Shown: positions 26,404-41,028, numbered from the stretch's first letter. The stretch: DNA of 64,000 nt from Eledone cirrhosa (GCA_964016885.1 CAXHJY010000289.1:14555-78554), one strand, 5' to 3'. Translations and numbers: made by a program. Notes: a model not told the origin generated them from the letters alone.

Positions 26404-26603
26404 GTTTAACGTCCATGTTCCACGCTTGCATAGGTTTGGACGGGAGTTTTCCCACTTGAGGCAAGAGTGGTTGTCTTGCTCGCATAGGACTGTCTGGCGG
26501 GTTTTCTACAGCTGAATGCCCTTTCTAACACCAACCACATTTACAGTGTAGGGCTGGGAGGTTTTTACCATGTTGCCTACACAGCCACATTACAGCGTGG
26601 ACT
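26373..26603 (-). mobile_element. 3'-UTR-only copy of the young RTE family nested in an older SINE
   Basis: (CAT)n tail plus reverse complement of ~51820-52020; flanks ggataccttc / gccaatcac reconstitute the interrupted SINE motif. Confidence 0.9.
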
Positions 26604-29600
26604 GCCAATCACTTCATGGTGTGTACTAGGTGTGTTTTATTGTGGCACAGCTACTATCACCTAACAGGGTAGACTAGGTACATTTTGTCATAGCAACAGT
26701 ACTTCCATTTTTCAACACTAGGACACTCAGTGTAATATGGAATATTATTTCTGGGTTTTTCTGTCAAGAAAGAATAGTAGAATTAAAATGTTCACTTATT
26801 CTCTTACTGTTACACATCTAAGGTTTATCAAACTGGTGCTTATCCCAGTTTCTGTGGCATAAAGCAACTGAGAGTACAATACCCACAGCATTATGATCAT
26901 AAGTCCAGTACCCTTACCACTAGGCTACATGGTTTTCAATATCATGTTTAGCACCTCATAAATTTGAGTGAATGCATGAATGCACATGATCTGGTAGGTA
27001 AGGTGTTAGATGCATGATTATAATGTTGTGGGTTCAATTCTTGGACCAGGCAGTGTGTTGTGTTCTTTAGCAAAACGTTTCCTTTCTCATTGCACCACTC
27101 CCATCAGCTGAAAAAAAAAGTGGGTCCCATACCATTAAGACACCAAGAAATTTCCTGTGAGATGCAACTTCATAGGAAGCCAGCTAAACTTACATAGGCA
27201 TGGGCCGTAACAACAAACCTGAGTTCAGATCAAATCATTAACTTTGCTTCCCATCTTTCTGGGATTGGTAGAATAAATACTTAGTAAAATATTAAATTTC
27301 ATTGAATGAACTACATGTTTCTCTAAACGAAATTTGCTCGTTTTTTAATCTTTTTATTACATTTTTGTAAAAAGTAATGTTACAAAGCCACTATAGTTCA
27401 TATTAGGAATAGTGTGTCAGTACTATATTTGGTGGTTTATGGTTTATAAGATGCACCCATTTTTTTTAATTTTCCCAAAATGTCAGCCTACATTGCTAAA
27501 CACAAAGTTATGGTTTTAGGTTATTGGCAAGAAAAGGCTTGCCAAAATCATTGAACTTTAAAAATTACAACTGTGTTTATTTATATCATCGTCATTTTAC
27601 ATCTATTTTTCCATGCTAGCATGGTTTGGAAGTGTCCAATCATTGTTGTCCTTCATCCTACACAGCAAAAGATAAAAGCAGACATTTTTCTTTCACTGGA
27701 GTGGTTGTCTCTCTGACTAAAATGTCACCTATATTTCTCCTTTTTTATTTTTGGAATGGTTTTTACATATCTAAATTAAAATCTGACAAGAAAACTTTCA
27801 CTGAAAGAATATGGACATTTGATGATTGCTTCAATGAAAATTGATAGTCCATCTCATTTTACATTAGACTGCTTAGTATATGTAGAAAGAATACATTCAA
27901 CTGTAGAATATAGAAAAAATGTGTCAACTACAAACGATTATGTATGTATATGAAGAGGACCATCTTTTCTTTCATTATTTTTTAATCCCGCCGAGGTTAA
28001 TTTTGCCTTTCATCCTTACGGGGTCGATAAAATAAAGTACCAGTAATGTACTGGGTAATTGCTGGCCTTGTGCCAATAGTAGAAACAATTATTTTTTCCT
28101 GCCAGCATAGTTACATCCCTTTACGGTCTGAGTTCAAATCCTGTCGAAGTTAACTTTGCCTTTCATCCTTATGGGGTCGATAAAATAAAGTACCAGTAAT
28201 GTACTGGGTAATTGCTGGCCTTGTGCCAAACGTAGAAACAATTATTTTTTCCTGCCAGCTGTGTGTTGTGTTTAGCACTGATATTAAATATGAGGCGTTT
28301 TCACTCATAATGTATGTTTACTTTATTTTTATTAATGCTCAAGTTAAGCCATTTTGAATTCTGGTGTGACAAGCTCAGACTGGGATAATTGTTAAAACTT
28401 CAGATTTGTGGTTTCCAGATGGTTGCTTACAGCTCCCTTTGGGTATTATAATTACAATTTTAGAGGTGGAAGTTCAAAAACATATTCACTTAAGCATGAA
28501 ATTCTAAACCAGAAATTTTAAAAATTGTATTTAATACACAAAAGTAAATGTTTTTATTCATCTCTATCTATGTAATCTTTGTGAAATGAATAGGTTTGGT
28601 AAATAAAAGGATAAGTTGTGTGAACTTTGCAAGCCTCTGCCTGAGAATACTATGGGATGGATTGAAAGTCAGCAAGATTTGAGAACAGAAAGCTATAATA
28701 GTAGTTGAGTAACAAGAAATGACTGTCAAGGATAGGAATGTAAAAAGAAAAACAATCAAAGAAAGACAGGTGGTGTCCGCTACTGTATGAAATAGACATT
28801 TTTTTATAAAGAAATTAATTTCTATAACAACATATTCAAGTTAGGGGTAGGAGTGGACTATATGTCTGATTATTATAGTTCATGTCTTGTGGAACATTAT
28901 TACAAGCTTATTCTGAAATTCTGAAATTTCCTGCCAAGAAGTAGGACATAAGAATATTGTGAAAAGAAAAAGTAAAGTTTAGTGGCATAATATGCAGTTA
29001 TATACCCTTTCAATACCATATTTTTAATGGAAGACATTATTTTCAATCATTTTGAAGACAATCCAGAATTTTGAAGGATTTAATAATATAACTTTTTCAC
29101 TGTTAAGCTAGTATTTAGAGCATATCACAAAATTTCTCGCATTAAATTTTGATATGTATTTCAATATATATAAACACTTTAAAAGAATCAGTTTTGTATC
29201 ATAGAACCAGGGATGGTTTCAGGCTTGATGTCAAAGGGGTTAATATTCTGAAAAAAAATAAAGAGACAACGAAGTGTTGAATCTATTATATATAATATTT
29301 ATTCTTTTGATATTAATTTCTGTGGTTGAAACCCACTGTATGGCATATTGGATAAGTGTCTTGGAAATTGTATGGAAGTCCATTGGATGGATTATATCTG
29401 TAATTCAAAGATCTAGTCTTGAGACACTGATTCTGCCTGAGAATTATGTTAAGAGTACTCATATCTTCGAATACTTGGTTACTTTTATACTAATTCAATG
29501 AGTAGGTAAATCAGTTGATAGAACAATTGAATACTCATCATCAAAACAGCTGGAGATCCATTTTTACATAAATAGCATATATGAGATTGTTTCCCCACCA

Positions 29601-30129
29601 AAAAAAAAGCCTTTAAGAATGTTGTGATGTTTGCTTGTTAGGTTTGATAAATCATATGTATTAAGATCACAGCTGAATAAATAAACAACTAGCACTGAAA
29701 TTATAACAATAAAAGTCAACAGTAGCTAGTCATTCAAATATTATTATCATTACTGTTTGTATGCTTAAAAGTTCTAAAGTGCAATTAAAACAAATCTAGT
29801 TATAAAATTTGGTAATCAGATCATGAGAGTGTGGCTGTAATAATCCTCAGAGATTAGCATTTAAACTCTATTGTCAGTTTTGACAATGGTCACAGGTTAT
29901 TTATACACTTAAAAGAGAAATTGTTAGATTATATGAAATTTATGAAAATGGTTGAGAAGGTTTTCATAAACCTTCTTTCAAAAATATGTCAATATATGTT
30001 TTTATACATGGACGCCCAACCATAAATACTGTATTTAATACATTTTCAAGAGAAATTTCCTTCCTGTCTGATAATACTATTCTCTACTTAAAATGTTGAA
30101 CAGTCTACATAGAAGAGAAAATTATTCAA

Positions 30130-30390
30130 GGAATGGGTCATAAAAAAGTTTGTTTCAAGTTCATGTCTGAAAATGTTAAGAGGCTGGGTCAAGTTCAGCT
30201 ATCTCACCTCTTGACACTCTTTTGGGTGCAGGTTAGAATATTTATAGTAACTCTTGTAATCAAAACTGCTTCCAAAGAGCTGGGGAAGAATATGAAGGGT
30301 GGTGATGGTGATCATTTTCTTGCTAAGAAATCACTTGGGGTGAGACATAAAAGTCTGTTATCTGGTTTTGGTGATGGAAAGAAATTCAAT
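30130..30390 (-). mobile_element. Ancient CR1/L2-like RT remnant
   Basis: Minus strand ELDLSQPLNIFRH loosely resembles the LDLSKAFD..H motif; heavily decayed. Confidence 0.3.
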
Positions 30391-30415
30391 CTATTACTGA
30401 TAACAAATTAGTCTC

Positions 30416-30552
30416 ACCATCTATTTTTTCCTCCCTCTGTTCTGTGTATATCTGACTAGAACAAGATAGCCAACTGCATATGGTAGAAAAAGGGAGGGGG
30501 GGGGTATACACACATACCCACGCTTATATATGTGTGTGTGTGTATATATATG

Positions 30553-30588
<36 letters not shown>

Positions 30589-30750
30589 CACACCATCTAT
30601 TTTTTCCTCCCTCCCTCCTCTGTTCTGTGTATATCTGACTAGAACAAGATAGCCAACTGCATATGGTAGAAAAAGAGAGGGGCGTATACACACATACCCA
30701 CGCTTATATATATGTGTGTGTGTGTGTATATATATATATATACACACATA
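30416..30750 (+). repeat. Recent tandem duplication, ~175-bp unit containing TG/TA/CA microsatellite
   Basis: caccatctattttttcctcc...gactagaacaagatagccaactgcatatggtag occurs twice, with a diverged partial third copy at ~30760-30800. Confidence 0.9.
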
Positions 30751-33199
30751 CTAATCAGACTGCAACAAGATGATAAACCAACTGCATCTGGTACAAAAAG
30801 AAATGATAGTAATACTCTGATTACTTAGTTTTAGCATCTTTTTTGAAAAACTAATTAGCATATTTTAAGAATGAAAGCTTAAAGAGTTTCTTTTTATGAA
30901 AGCTTGGCTGTGGAGAGAAAATACAAAAGATTAGGTTTATGAACTTATCAAATTAGATCAATTAAAAAAAAAAAATGAAAGTGCTTTTTTTTTTTTATCT
31001 AATAACCTTCACTATACAACACAGCTAGACCATTTTCTTACTAAAACAGGAATTAACCTTGCTAGTCCCATGACAGGCTTCATACTGATCATGAGGTCAT
31101 TTTCTTTTTTCTTTTTTGGTAACGTTTTACACTATGATGTCCTTTCCTAGCATCAAACTTTTTTGTTGCCTCTTACAACATTCAAGGATACATACCATAT
31201 ATTTTTAAATTCAGGTTTTGTAGGTCCAGTAATTAAGTCTTTAAAATCTTATTTACTTGGGGAAAGGTGCAACTTATAAACAAGTATGCATATTCATGAA
31301 AAGTAACTAACTGCAAGGTTGTGCAGAAATAGTGTGAACTTGTTCAAACTTTTCATTACTATATTTCTAATGAAAAACACTACCTATAATGTTCAAATCA
31401 TTTTTGAAAATAATCAAGAGTTTGGAGATATTTAGTAATGTATCTTTCTCATTATTAAGCTGAATTTTAGAATTTAACTTTTTTTAAATAATGAATTGGA
31501 AAATGAAACTTACAGCTTGCACATCTATGCAAATTTAGCTGCCCTTCTATGAGGCTTCATGAAACACCTTACTCCTTGATACAAATTACTGTCCAATCCA
31601 GCAATTGAACCTATGACCAATACCCTAACCTCTAGACATTGCGCTTTCACATTCTTACATAATAGGTTTTTAGATAAATGTAAATATTTTAAAAGTTTTA
31701 TCTTAGAACCAGGGCTCGTTATGTATCAAAATAGTTAGATTGCTGTAAACCACATGAAAGCATAGAGAGGGAGAGAGTTGGAAGAAGAGAAATTTGAAAT
31801 TCCTATTATTTTTTATAGTATTATATTATATTATTTACTGGTGTCAGTTATTAGTGTGACCATATTGATGCACTGTCTGGAACTTCCACATAGTTTCCAT
31901 CGATAAAATGATACATGATATTTGTCAACCTAAATTTATAGGTAGAAAGAAAACACTTGCCTGAAGTATCTCACAGTGATATCAAACCCGAAATCATGTG
32001 GTTCCACACAGCCATACCAACTCTACTTGTCAACTTTTGTAAAATATTTTGCAAATTCACTCCTTCTTTTTATAGTATAATCATTACCATTTTTATTTTA
32101 CATGCAATGTTGTAAAATTTGTTTTGTCTGAAGAGAAATTGTCTGTTTTTTATATTGAGTTTCTTACTAATAACATATGAAATAATTCACTAAAAAAATT
32201 TTAATGTACATTTTGAAACATCTGAATTGAAGAATTCAGGAGTTTTGATTTTATCCTCCACAAATTCTTATATTACTAAGAGAAAAAAATGTTCATATAG
32301 TAAATTTGGTGCCTGCTATAGATTAGAAAATTGAAGACAACAAATAATTTAACTCAGTGTGTTGTATGTAAAGGTGGTAAATAGTGTAGAATATTGCGAA
32401 AAACTACTCAGGCTTGTACATTCCAAAAATTCTTTATGTAAATTTGTTTTCATTCATATATATATACTAACATACACTCATATGTACTAACACACACACA
32501 CATATGCATGGAAGCACTCATTCATACATACATATATATACACACACATACTCTCAAACTCCTACACATCTCACTCACTCATTCATACACAAACCAGACT
32601 TACTGTCTGCAGATAGAATGCAATAACAAATGGTTTCTTTATTATAACTTTTAGTTATTTATTCAGATATATTTTTCACACAATTTCTATTACTGAAAGG
32701 TTTCAGAATTAAATTCATTTATATATTGACTTTCACTGATACTGAAATAGATGTTCTAAGTGATTTAACTGATATAATGCATTAATCAGACAGGCTTTTT
32801 AGATGTAAATTTGTTTTTCGTACCTTGATTATAGGTGTTGTTTTTATTGTTACTGTTGTTTTGTCTCCTTTCAAAATACATCAGTAATGTTCTTCATAAC
32901 TGTTACTATTGGTCATAAGTGGCAGAGAGTAGGAGTGAGTTCTTGGTTAAGTCAAGTATATTTCCAAATGGAAACCATTTCATTTTAGGTTGTTAATATC
33001 ATTGAGAAATGCTTTGGGGCATTGTTGCTTCTAGTTTCTCTTTTACTGTCGCCCCCCGCCCGCCCTACAAACTATATATTATCAAATTATAAAATTGGTT
33101 TTGTTATTGTCGCTTAGGAGCAGCAGTAAGCTTTACTCAAATAGATCTGATACTAAGAGCCAAACAATGCCTATATAATTTTATTGTGGTTAGAATATC

Positions 33200-33415
33200 T
33201 CAGGAAAGAAATCACTGCACAGATTTTATAGGCAAAACCAACAGGTAGGAGACCCCAAGCAAGATGGTTGGATAACATCCATCAGTTCAGCTGGTCTCAC
33301 TTGGGGATCCAGCCAGATCAATTGGAGGCGGTTGCTTATGACAGGACCCGCTGGAGGAAGTGTTTGAGGACTCTGCTCCCATGACCCCCTCAAGAATAAG
33401 TGGGTGAAGAAGAGA
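33200..33415 (+). mobile_element. 3' end of a Rex3/Expander-like RTE LINE
   Basis: GRRPQARWLDNIHQFSWSHLGIQPDQLEAVAYDRTRWRKCLRTLLP resembles the recalled Rex3-type C-terminus GRPRTRWRDY..LAWERLG..LLPPRP. Confidence 0.7.
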
Positions 33416-34273
33416 GAGTGAGAGTATAGTGTTATCGGTTACAGTTTTCCAAAGGGACAATTACTGATGTATTGCAGATGGCACGGGTGACAAAAGAGTT
33501 TTTGTAACTCAGTGCAGAACAAATACTGCAAACAACTGCATTTAAAGCACATCAGTTTTTGGTGTTCTTGCCAATATTACATCAGCAAAAGATATGTACA
33601 TTAACTTTATTTTCTGTAATGATTTAGCAGAAAATATCTAATAGCAAATTTGTTAATTCAAATGTTTATAATATCTTTACTTGTGAATAGATCAATGTGA
33701 AAATTTGCAGTAAACTAAAGTCTGTAGTTTACTGCAAATTTTCATATTTTCATACCATATTTTTTTATAGAATACACTGCCTATATGATTCAATTAATTT
33801 TGGAGAAGAAAAAAACCCCCAAAAATTGGAGAAATTTAGTAGCATAACTTTCTCATACATACAATTATGATGAAAGGTTATTAGATAAATATAAATATTT
33901 TAAAACAAAAAGGTTAATTTATGTGATGGAGTCAGTGCAATTTTATACTTTTCGAGGGCATTTTGCTAATTCAGTCTGTCTGGACCCATAACAACATTTC
34001 TTGGGCATTTTAAAACCTGGTGGAGCCCATCTCCTCTCCAGGTTTGAATACAGCAGATTTTTTTCAGAGAAAGATAGAGAGTGAGAGAATGGAAGTGAGA
34101 AAGATATAGAGGAAGAATCGACCCCAGTATTAGACTGGTACTTTTTAAAAAATTAAGATATGTACAATGGTTAAAAGGTAATAAAGTATCATCCTTATCT
34201 TCATAGATACTTGGTTGTATATTAAGATTTCCTTTGAGTTTTTATAACTTGATTCATCCTGTACCACATTATT

Positions 34274-34540
34274 GAAAGTACAAAACAGCACTAGGACTCC
34301 ATCACATTAAAAAAAAATTAAGATCTTTATTCTAATACTGCAAATTTTCAAAACAATCTAACCACTAGTAAAGATACTACAAACATATGAATTAGCAAAC
34401 CACATTAGCAATTCATTACTGAAAAGTACAAAATAACACTGACTACATAACATTAAAAATTAACGCCTTTAGTTTACTGAACACTTTCACAGCAATTTAT
34501 CCACTTGTCAAGATACTATAAACATTTGAATTAGCAAACT
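34274..34540 (+). repeat. Old tandem duplication, ~145-bp unit
   Basis: gaaagtacaaaa...aagatacta.aaacat.tgaattagcaaac occurs twice. Confidence 0.75.
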
Positions 34541-37500
34541 CAGTTTTATATATTTTCCACTAATTTATTACAGGATGTTATGATAATGCCTTGTTTTTCC
34601 CATATTGGCTTCAGTTAGATGTGTCTGAAATATGTTAGTAAGAAGATTAGAGAATGTAAACCCTAGCTGTCAGGACTTTGTGTACACAGTGATCCATGGC
34701 ATAGTGGGGAAAGCATGTTGGACATTATGTCACATTTGCCCTGAAATTTATCCAAGAGCTAAAGATGGCAAAGGGACTTTACTGTCTTGTCCCATGTAGA
34801 AGAGCCCTAATTTTTTACTCATTTTACTCATGCCAATGTGGAAAGCAGGCATACAATAATGATGATCATGCCATTTCATGATTTCTCCCCATGTCTTCAT
34901 TGCCCTTGCTGTCACAAGACATTTTAGCCACTACTTATGGTGTCATCATTTTACATCCACTTATCTTGCTAGTGTGGTTTGAATATGTTGTCCACAAAGA
35001 AGTTTTGTTCATATATTACATATTTGGCTAGCTGCTCTTCCTTATGCTAATCACTTTACAGATTATACTGGGTGCATTTTATCATGGCATCAACACTAGA
35101 AAGGTTATAAAGAACTGGAACAAATGCCGTAAAACATTTTGTCCGATGTTCTAACTAGTCTGCCAACCCGCCGCTCTGGATAGGCGTACCTATTCTAAAA
35201 CTCGTGAAATACAGTAATCACGTGTGTATGTGTGTGGGTGTGTGATATTTAGAAGTACATATATGCATAGACGCACAGATGTACAATATAGATTTTTAAT
35301 AAGCTTGTCTACCTATTGCTGACTAATATTGGACACGGGAATTTTTTTTCATCATAATCTAAAAATAACACTCAAGACTTCCTAACTTTTCGCGTGTGTG
35401 TGTTTTTGTTTTGTTTGTTATTTTATGTTTTATTTCCTTTAAATTGAATATAAAATTATTTCCTTTATTAGTACATAGGCTAAAAAAATAAAAAAACAAA
35501 AAAGTAGTGATTTTAGTCAAAACAGTTAGGAGACAAAAAAATAAACACTTTTTATTTTCATTTATTTTTTTAACTTACTCGCAAAAATTTTAAATAGATC
35601 TGATTGTATGTAACTCTTAAATATTATATTGCAACATGTTTATATTTAACGCATTTCAAAGTCCTTTCAGTCTTTTAGAATTTACGTTACATATTACTGT
35701 TGCTGTTGTCGGAGATTTATGACCTCTGTTAACCAAATAAGTTGTTGTTTTATATATATATGTGTGTGTGTCTCTCTCTCCTCTTTCAACGGTAGCTTCT
35801 GTTAAAACTTTAGATAAAAAGTAGGTCATGTGTTATAATGCCATTGTCTGATGATGGATTTTAGTGGGTGGTATTTTATATATATTCTCTTATGTGTGTG
35901 TGTGTGTGTATGTATATATTTTATTTTAATTTTAATTTAAGCTAAGCTAGTGTAATGCAATCAGCACAGACAGTAGCCAATAATTCAGATAAGCATCATT
36001 GAGTTTAATTTAGCATGTAAAACATTTATTTTTCGTTTTTGTTTTTTCCAAAGCAGACTTTTTAATCTTCTTCGTGATTTCCTTTTCATTCATTTTTTTT
36101 TTTTTTTTTTTTATGCAGGAAGTATTTTGTGTGTATCTAAGTTAACAGTAATTTTCATTCAGTTTTGCCAGTGTAAACGTTTATTTTATTTATATCTATT
36201 TTATTTTTCTGTTAGGATTATTGCTTAAGCTATGGTGGATGAGCAATGACCATGAATGACCCATTTCAGGGTCTTAGAAACTAGTGTGGGGAGGTTTACC
36301 TCAAACCAGAGACCCAACCTGAATTCTTGCAACAGATTAGACTTCCTTATAGGAGTGGTGTTAAACCAGGCGACAGTTTAAGCCTACCACCAAAATATAG
36401 GATCAGTCTTTCCAACAAGCTTCAACACGGTTAGCTAAATTTCACAGCTTTTGGTTCACTCAAAACTATGATAGAAGATACTTGTCCAAAAAGGTCTCCC
36501 AGCTATGCTAGATATGACAGTATATATAGAATATATTGCAGAGAGGAAACCTGCAAATTTTGAGTGTTCAATTATTCTTTTAACTGGTTCCAGGTATAAG
36601 ACTGTGGTCATTTGGGACATTTGCCTTAGTCGAGTACATCAAAGTCAGTACTTATTTTATTGACTGATCGATTGGTACTATTCATTTCACCAATCACAAA
36701 GAAGCAGAGTTGACCGAAGTGAGATTTGAACTCCAAACGTAGATGTAACCAAATACCACAATGTATTTTGTATAATGCTCTACTGATTGTCATTTTTCTA
36801 ACAAAATATAAATTGTGATTAATTTTGAAATTTAGAAATGTTAAATTTGCTTAAATATTACAATGTTAGTTATCCCTATCAATTAATAAACTAGTTGAAA
36901 ATATAAGGCGTAGGTATAGTGAATGAAAGGTAGGTGGAATTTTGCTGTGATTTTTAAAGGATGAATCATTAGTGAATGGACAGACTGTGTTTGATAAATC
37001 AGTTCTTCATAACAATCTGTTTATTTTTGCTGGCTGCCAGACATTAGATATCTCCTCATGTAAGTTGGACTTTAATGAACAATGATAAGATTCAGTTGGT
37101 GTGTGTGTAAAATGAAGAGAAATTCTTGGCAAAGAGAGTCCTATTGGCTGTCTGTTTTGACTTATCTACACTCTGCATACAACCACTGGCCTTTTGTAAG
37201 CCACCTCCTCTTTCTTTTGTACCTTATTCTGAAAACTGGGATAAAAATAGAAGTGATCACAGCTGGAACTCTGATCATTGGTCTGCTTCATCAAGGCAAA
37301 CCTGGGGCAAAACCTGTAGACTTGCTTACATTGAATAGCATTTTTGGTAAGATTAATTGATCATTGATACCAACCCTGCCAAAACTAGCTCTGGTTTTAT
37401 GAAACAGTCGCCCATTTTAAAGGGTTCCTATTTAAATTAAAATCTTCCAACATAAGTTTTTTATAAGAACCTTATGTTAAGTTACTATCTTAATGAAAAA

Positions 37501-40500
37501 ATTTATTTTGGCAAATCCCACAAATTTTTTTATCAGTTAATTAAATTAGTGTATATCATTAGAAATACAGTCACAAAAGGGTTAATATTAATAATTAATC
37601 ATGTTTTTTATTAGTTACTTACTGGCTTAGCCACAAAAGAATTAAGACATTATCAGTGGGAGGGGCATATTAATGATATGGTTGATTATTGATAGAATTA
37701 ATACAAAGTACTGGGTATTGAACCTTGCAATTTCCACAGCCACTTTTTATCTTCACTCCTTTAACATGTAGCTAGGATAAAAATTAAAGTTAGCCCACAA
37801 TAAATGAATAGATAGACTACGTAGTTTTGTAATTCAACTAGACGTACATTAATAAAGAACTGTGTCCAAATATATGCAAACATGCGACACTTATGCAGAT
37901 AAACATGTTTATGTCTTGCCTGTGTGACTGCATCTTCTGCTGCAGCTTTTTAAGTAGTGCTGTCAATGTCTAAGTAGTATTTGTAATCATCCACCATGTG
38001 TGTTGTGTATGTGTGTGTGTATATATATATTATATACACATACATACATGCAACCATACAATACACAACAACAACCACACATCTCTGCCAAACACACATG
38101 CAACATAATATGCACGTCTTATCCCCAATTCCCACCTGTGTGTTGGACCACCCCAACAACAACCACTGCTGCCCCTCCTCTCCCTCTCCTTTTTTTATTT
38201 TCTTTGCACTTTTCCTTTTGTGTTTTTCCTGATGAAGGGCAAATGCCCCCAATTCTTCTTCCTCCAAGCGTGAAATTAATACACTTCATGTTATTGCATG
38301 CTCTAGTTTCATTTTTTTTTTTTTTTTTTTTCTTGATACACACACACACACACACACACATGATAGAATGCTGGTGTAAACAAATACAAAAGAACAACCA
38401 AAACACCATGTTTGCTCAGCAGCTGTCAAACAAAAATAGACAGTGGAATATCAGGTTAATTACTGACAGTATCAATGGTCCATCCCAGGATGTAAGAAAA
38501 TATGTGAGTAAAAAATCTCCATCCTCCAAAAGAGATCTATGTAAATCAATTCAGAACAGCACACTAAACGTATGGAAAATAAATGGGAACAGAATCAGAA
38601 ATGGGTGAACAAACATTGACTCAACCAAAGAATCATCTCTACTCTATGAGATGGGTGAAGTATGGAGTCATGGGTGGGTGTAAACCAATAGTATGATGTC
38701 GTGAGTGTGTTTTTCATAACACTAGCACTGCAACCTTATAGGGTGTATTGGATGTGTTTTATCATGGCATTTTGTATACAAGCATCATATAATCTGACCT
38801 TCACTCTGAGATAAGCCAGCAGATAACAGCTGTCTGAACTTCTTCCACTCTCTTCTCATTCTGGCTTTAACACTTCCAATACATCCACTTCCACTACTAA
38901 TGCAGTCCACTTGAAAGCAAAAGCTAGCTACTACTTCTAGTGAGCCTTCCGAGCATAGGAGGAAATTCAGTTACAAAGTACTCTTACTCCTGTGTGCATC
39001 TGTCATATATGAAGTCGTTGTCAGCCTACCTATCACCATACTACATCATTTTAACATCCACTGTCCACACCGGGACAGTTTCTAACCACTCCTTTTTTGG
39101 CATATTGAGCATGGACATTTACCTGATGGTAGCTGGGTCCTATCTTCTTCCCTACTCACTAAAACTTTAGTCTTTCCTAAGTTTACTTTGAGGCCTTTGT
39201 TTCCATGGCTGGAACTTGTGCACTAGTTCTTCTATAGTTCTTGCTTTGAGAGCTAGATCAACATACAGGAGTTAAGAAGGGCTTTCAGCCATATAATTCG
39301 AGCACAAAATGGATCATATGAGCAAGACATGGTCACCTGATCAGTTTAGCTTCAGTATGTGACAACCCATCTAACCTATGCAAGCATGGAAAATTGACAT
39401 TAAACGGTGGTGATGTGTGTATGTGTGTGTTTGGTGACCTCCACAATAAACACACCTAGTACAAGCTGTATAGTAGTTAGTGATAGGAAAGGCATCCAGC
39501 CATACATCCTGCCTGGTGGATCAGCAAGGAAAGTAGATGTTAAAATGACGATGATATATATATGATTGTGTGTGTATATTCACTTTGCAACCATGAGGTT
39601 TTGGGTTTGAGCTTATTGTGTGACACTTTGGACAAATGCTTTTTTACTAGTTTTCAGGCTGACCAAATGCCTTGTGAGTTAATTTGATAGATGGAAGCTC
39701 AGTGTGTGTGTGTGTGTGGTGTGTCTTATTGCCACTGTTGAAAGAAAATGTTGCCATTTATGTCCTACATAAAACAATACTTCTCCACAGCTTAGTGGTT
39801 CAACAAAGGTCAGTGTGTATATACTTTACTTTAAAAATAAAATGTGTTGGCATCACAAAAAGTATCTGACTGTGGAAAGAGTACAATGTATTGTCTGATC
39901 TATGCTAGCATGAAAAAGCAGATATAATAAGTTATGATGATGAGATAGATTTTATTCTATCAATTTTTGTGTGCTGAAATATTGATTTCTAATTCAGGTA
40001 CAAGGCGAGTACTTGGCTGGTACTTTATTTTATCAAACCCAGAAGGATGAAAAACAATGTTGACCTCAGTATATTATTTAACAATTCTGTCTATCTGATG
40101 CCTTTTTGTGTATGATTAAATATTAAAAGAATATAGAGCTCAGCGTCAAGAAAAGTATCCAGCCATAGAAGAACTTCAAAATATCTTGTCTACCCTATAC
40201 TAGCAATGAGAAGCTGTCATAAAAATGGTGATGATGATCTATTAGATTTTACTCTACCTATTTTCTGTGTTGAAATATTTAAAGAATAAACAGCTCACCA
40301 TATTTGTATTGTTTTGTTTATTTTGTTGCTGTTTTCATAACCATGTGTAGTTTTAGCTCTTGAAACTAGAACAAATAATTAAGATTATGCATTTATCTTC
40401 TGCTAACTGCAGGATAATATATATTTGTCTACTATTTTGGATTTATTTTAAAAATACCTTTTATCCTTTTCATTTTTTTTTTTTAAATCCTGATTCCTGT

Positions 40501-41028
40501 TGAGTTTCTTTCTACTACATTTGATATATTGAAACAGATGGAATTGATAATTCTAGAACATGCCTAAGCTCTTTAACCCAACCATAATACATTACAAGAG
40601 CTTTTGTTGATGGAAAAAAAAATAGTCGTTGAACAAACATGTTCCTCTTGTTCTATTTATCTTTCAACATAGAGAAGAGAGTTTAAATCTGGCCTTTTCA
40701 AAATACCATCAGCATTAAAAGCAGTTATCCAATTCAGAAAATGTGTCTTTTTGGTGCCATACTGCTGACATTTTACAACAGTTTGATAATTAAATTTGAG
40801 TTAGGTTTGCTGCAACAAATGCACAGCGATTTTCAGTTGACATATGTTATGAAAAAACTTTTCAAGGATAAACATTGCGGAAATTTGAAATGTAGTTGTC
40901 CTAACGTAAATGTCTATGAATAATAGTTGAGAAAATTGGGTACTTTATCTGATTTTCTTAGTTATTTATAGTGAACAACTATTGTTATAGTCATTTACAT
41001 TGGGACAACTACATTTCAAATATATATA

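Noticed and set aside
27985-28258. Short direct-repeat array
   Set aside because: Two tandem copies of the SINE core in a eukaryotic context; not CRISPR-like.
36119-36150. SKLTV resembling the Smurf RLTV exon-1 end
   Set aside because: The available donor gives phase 0, incompatible with the phase-1 exon at 45379.
38225-38255. CTGATGA-a-gggc(aaat)gccc hammerhead-like half
   Set aside because: GAAA and stem III are missing; at best a dead remnant.
38000-38608. 202-aa ORF
   Set aside because: Runs through microsatellites and poly-T; no recognisable domain or splice signals.
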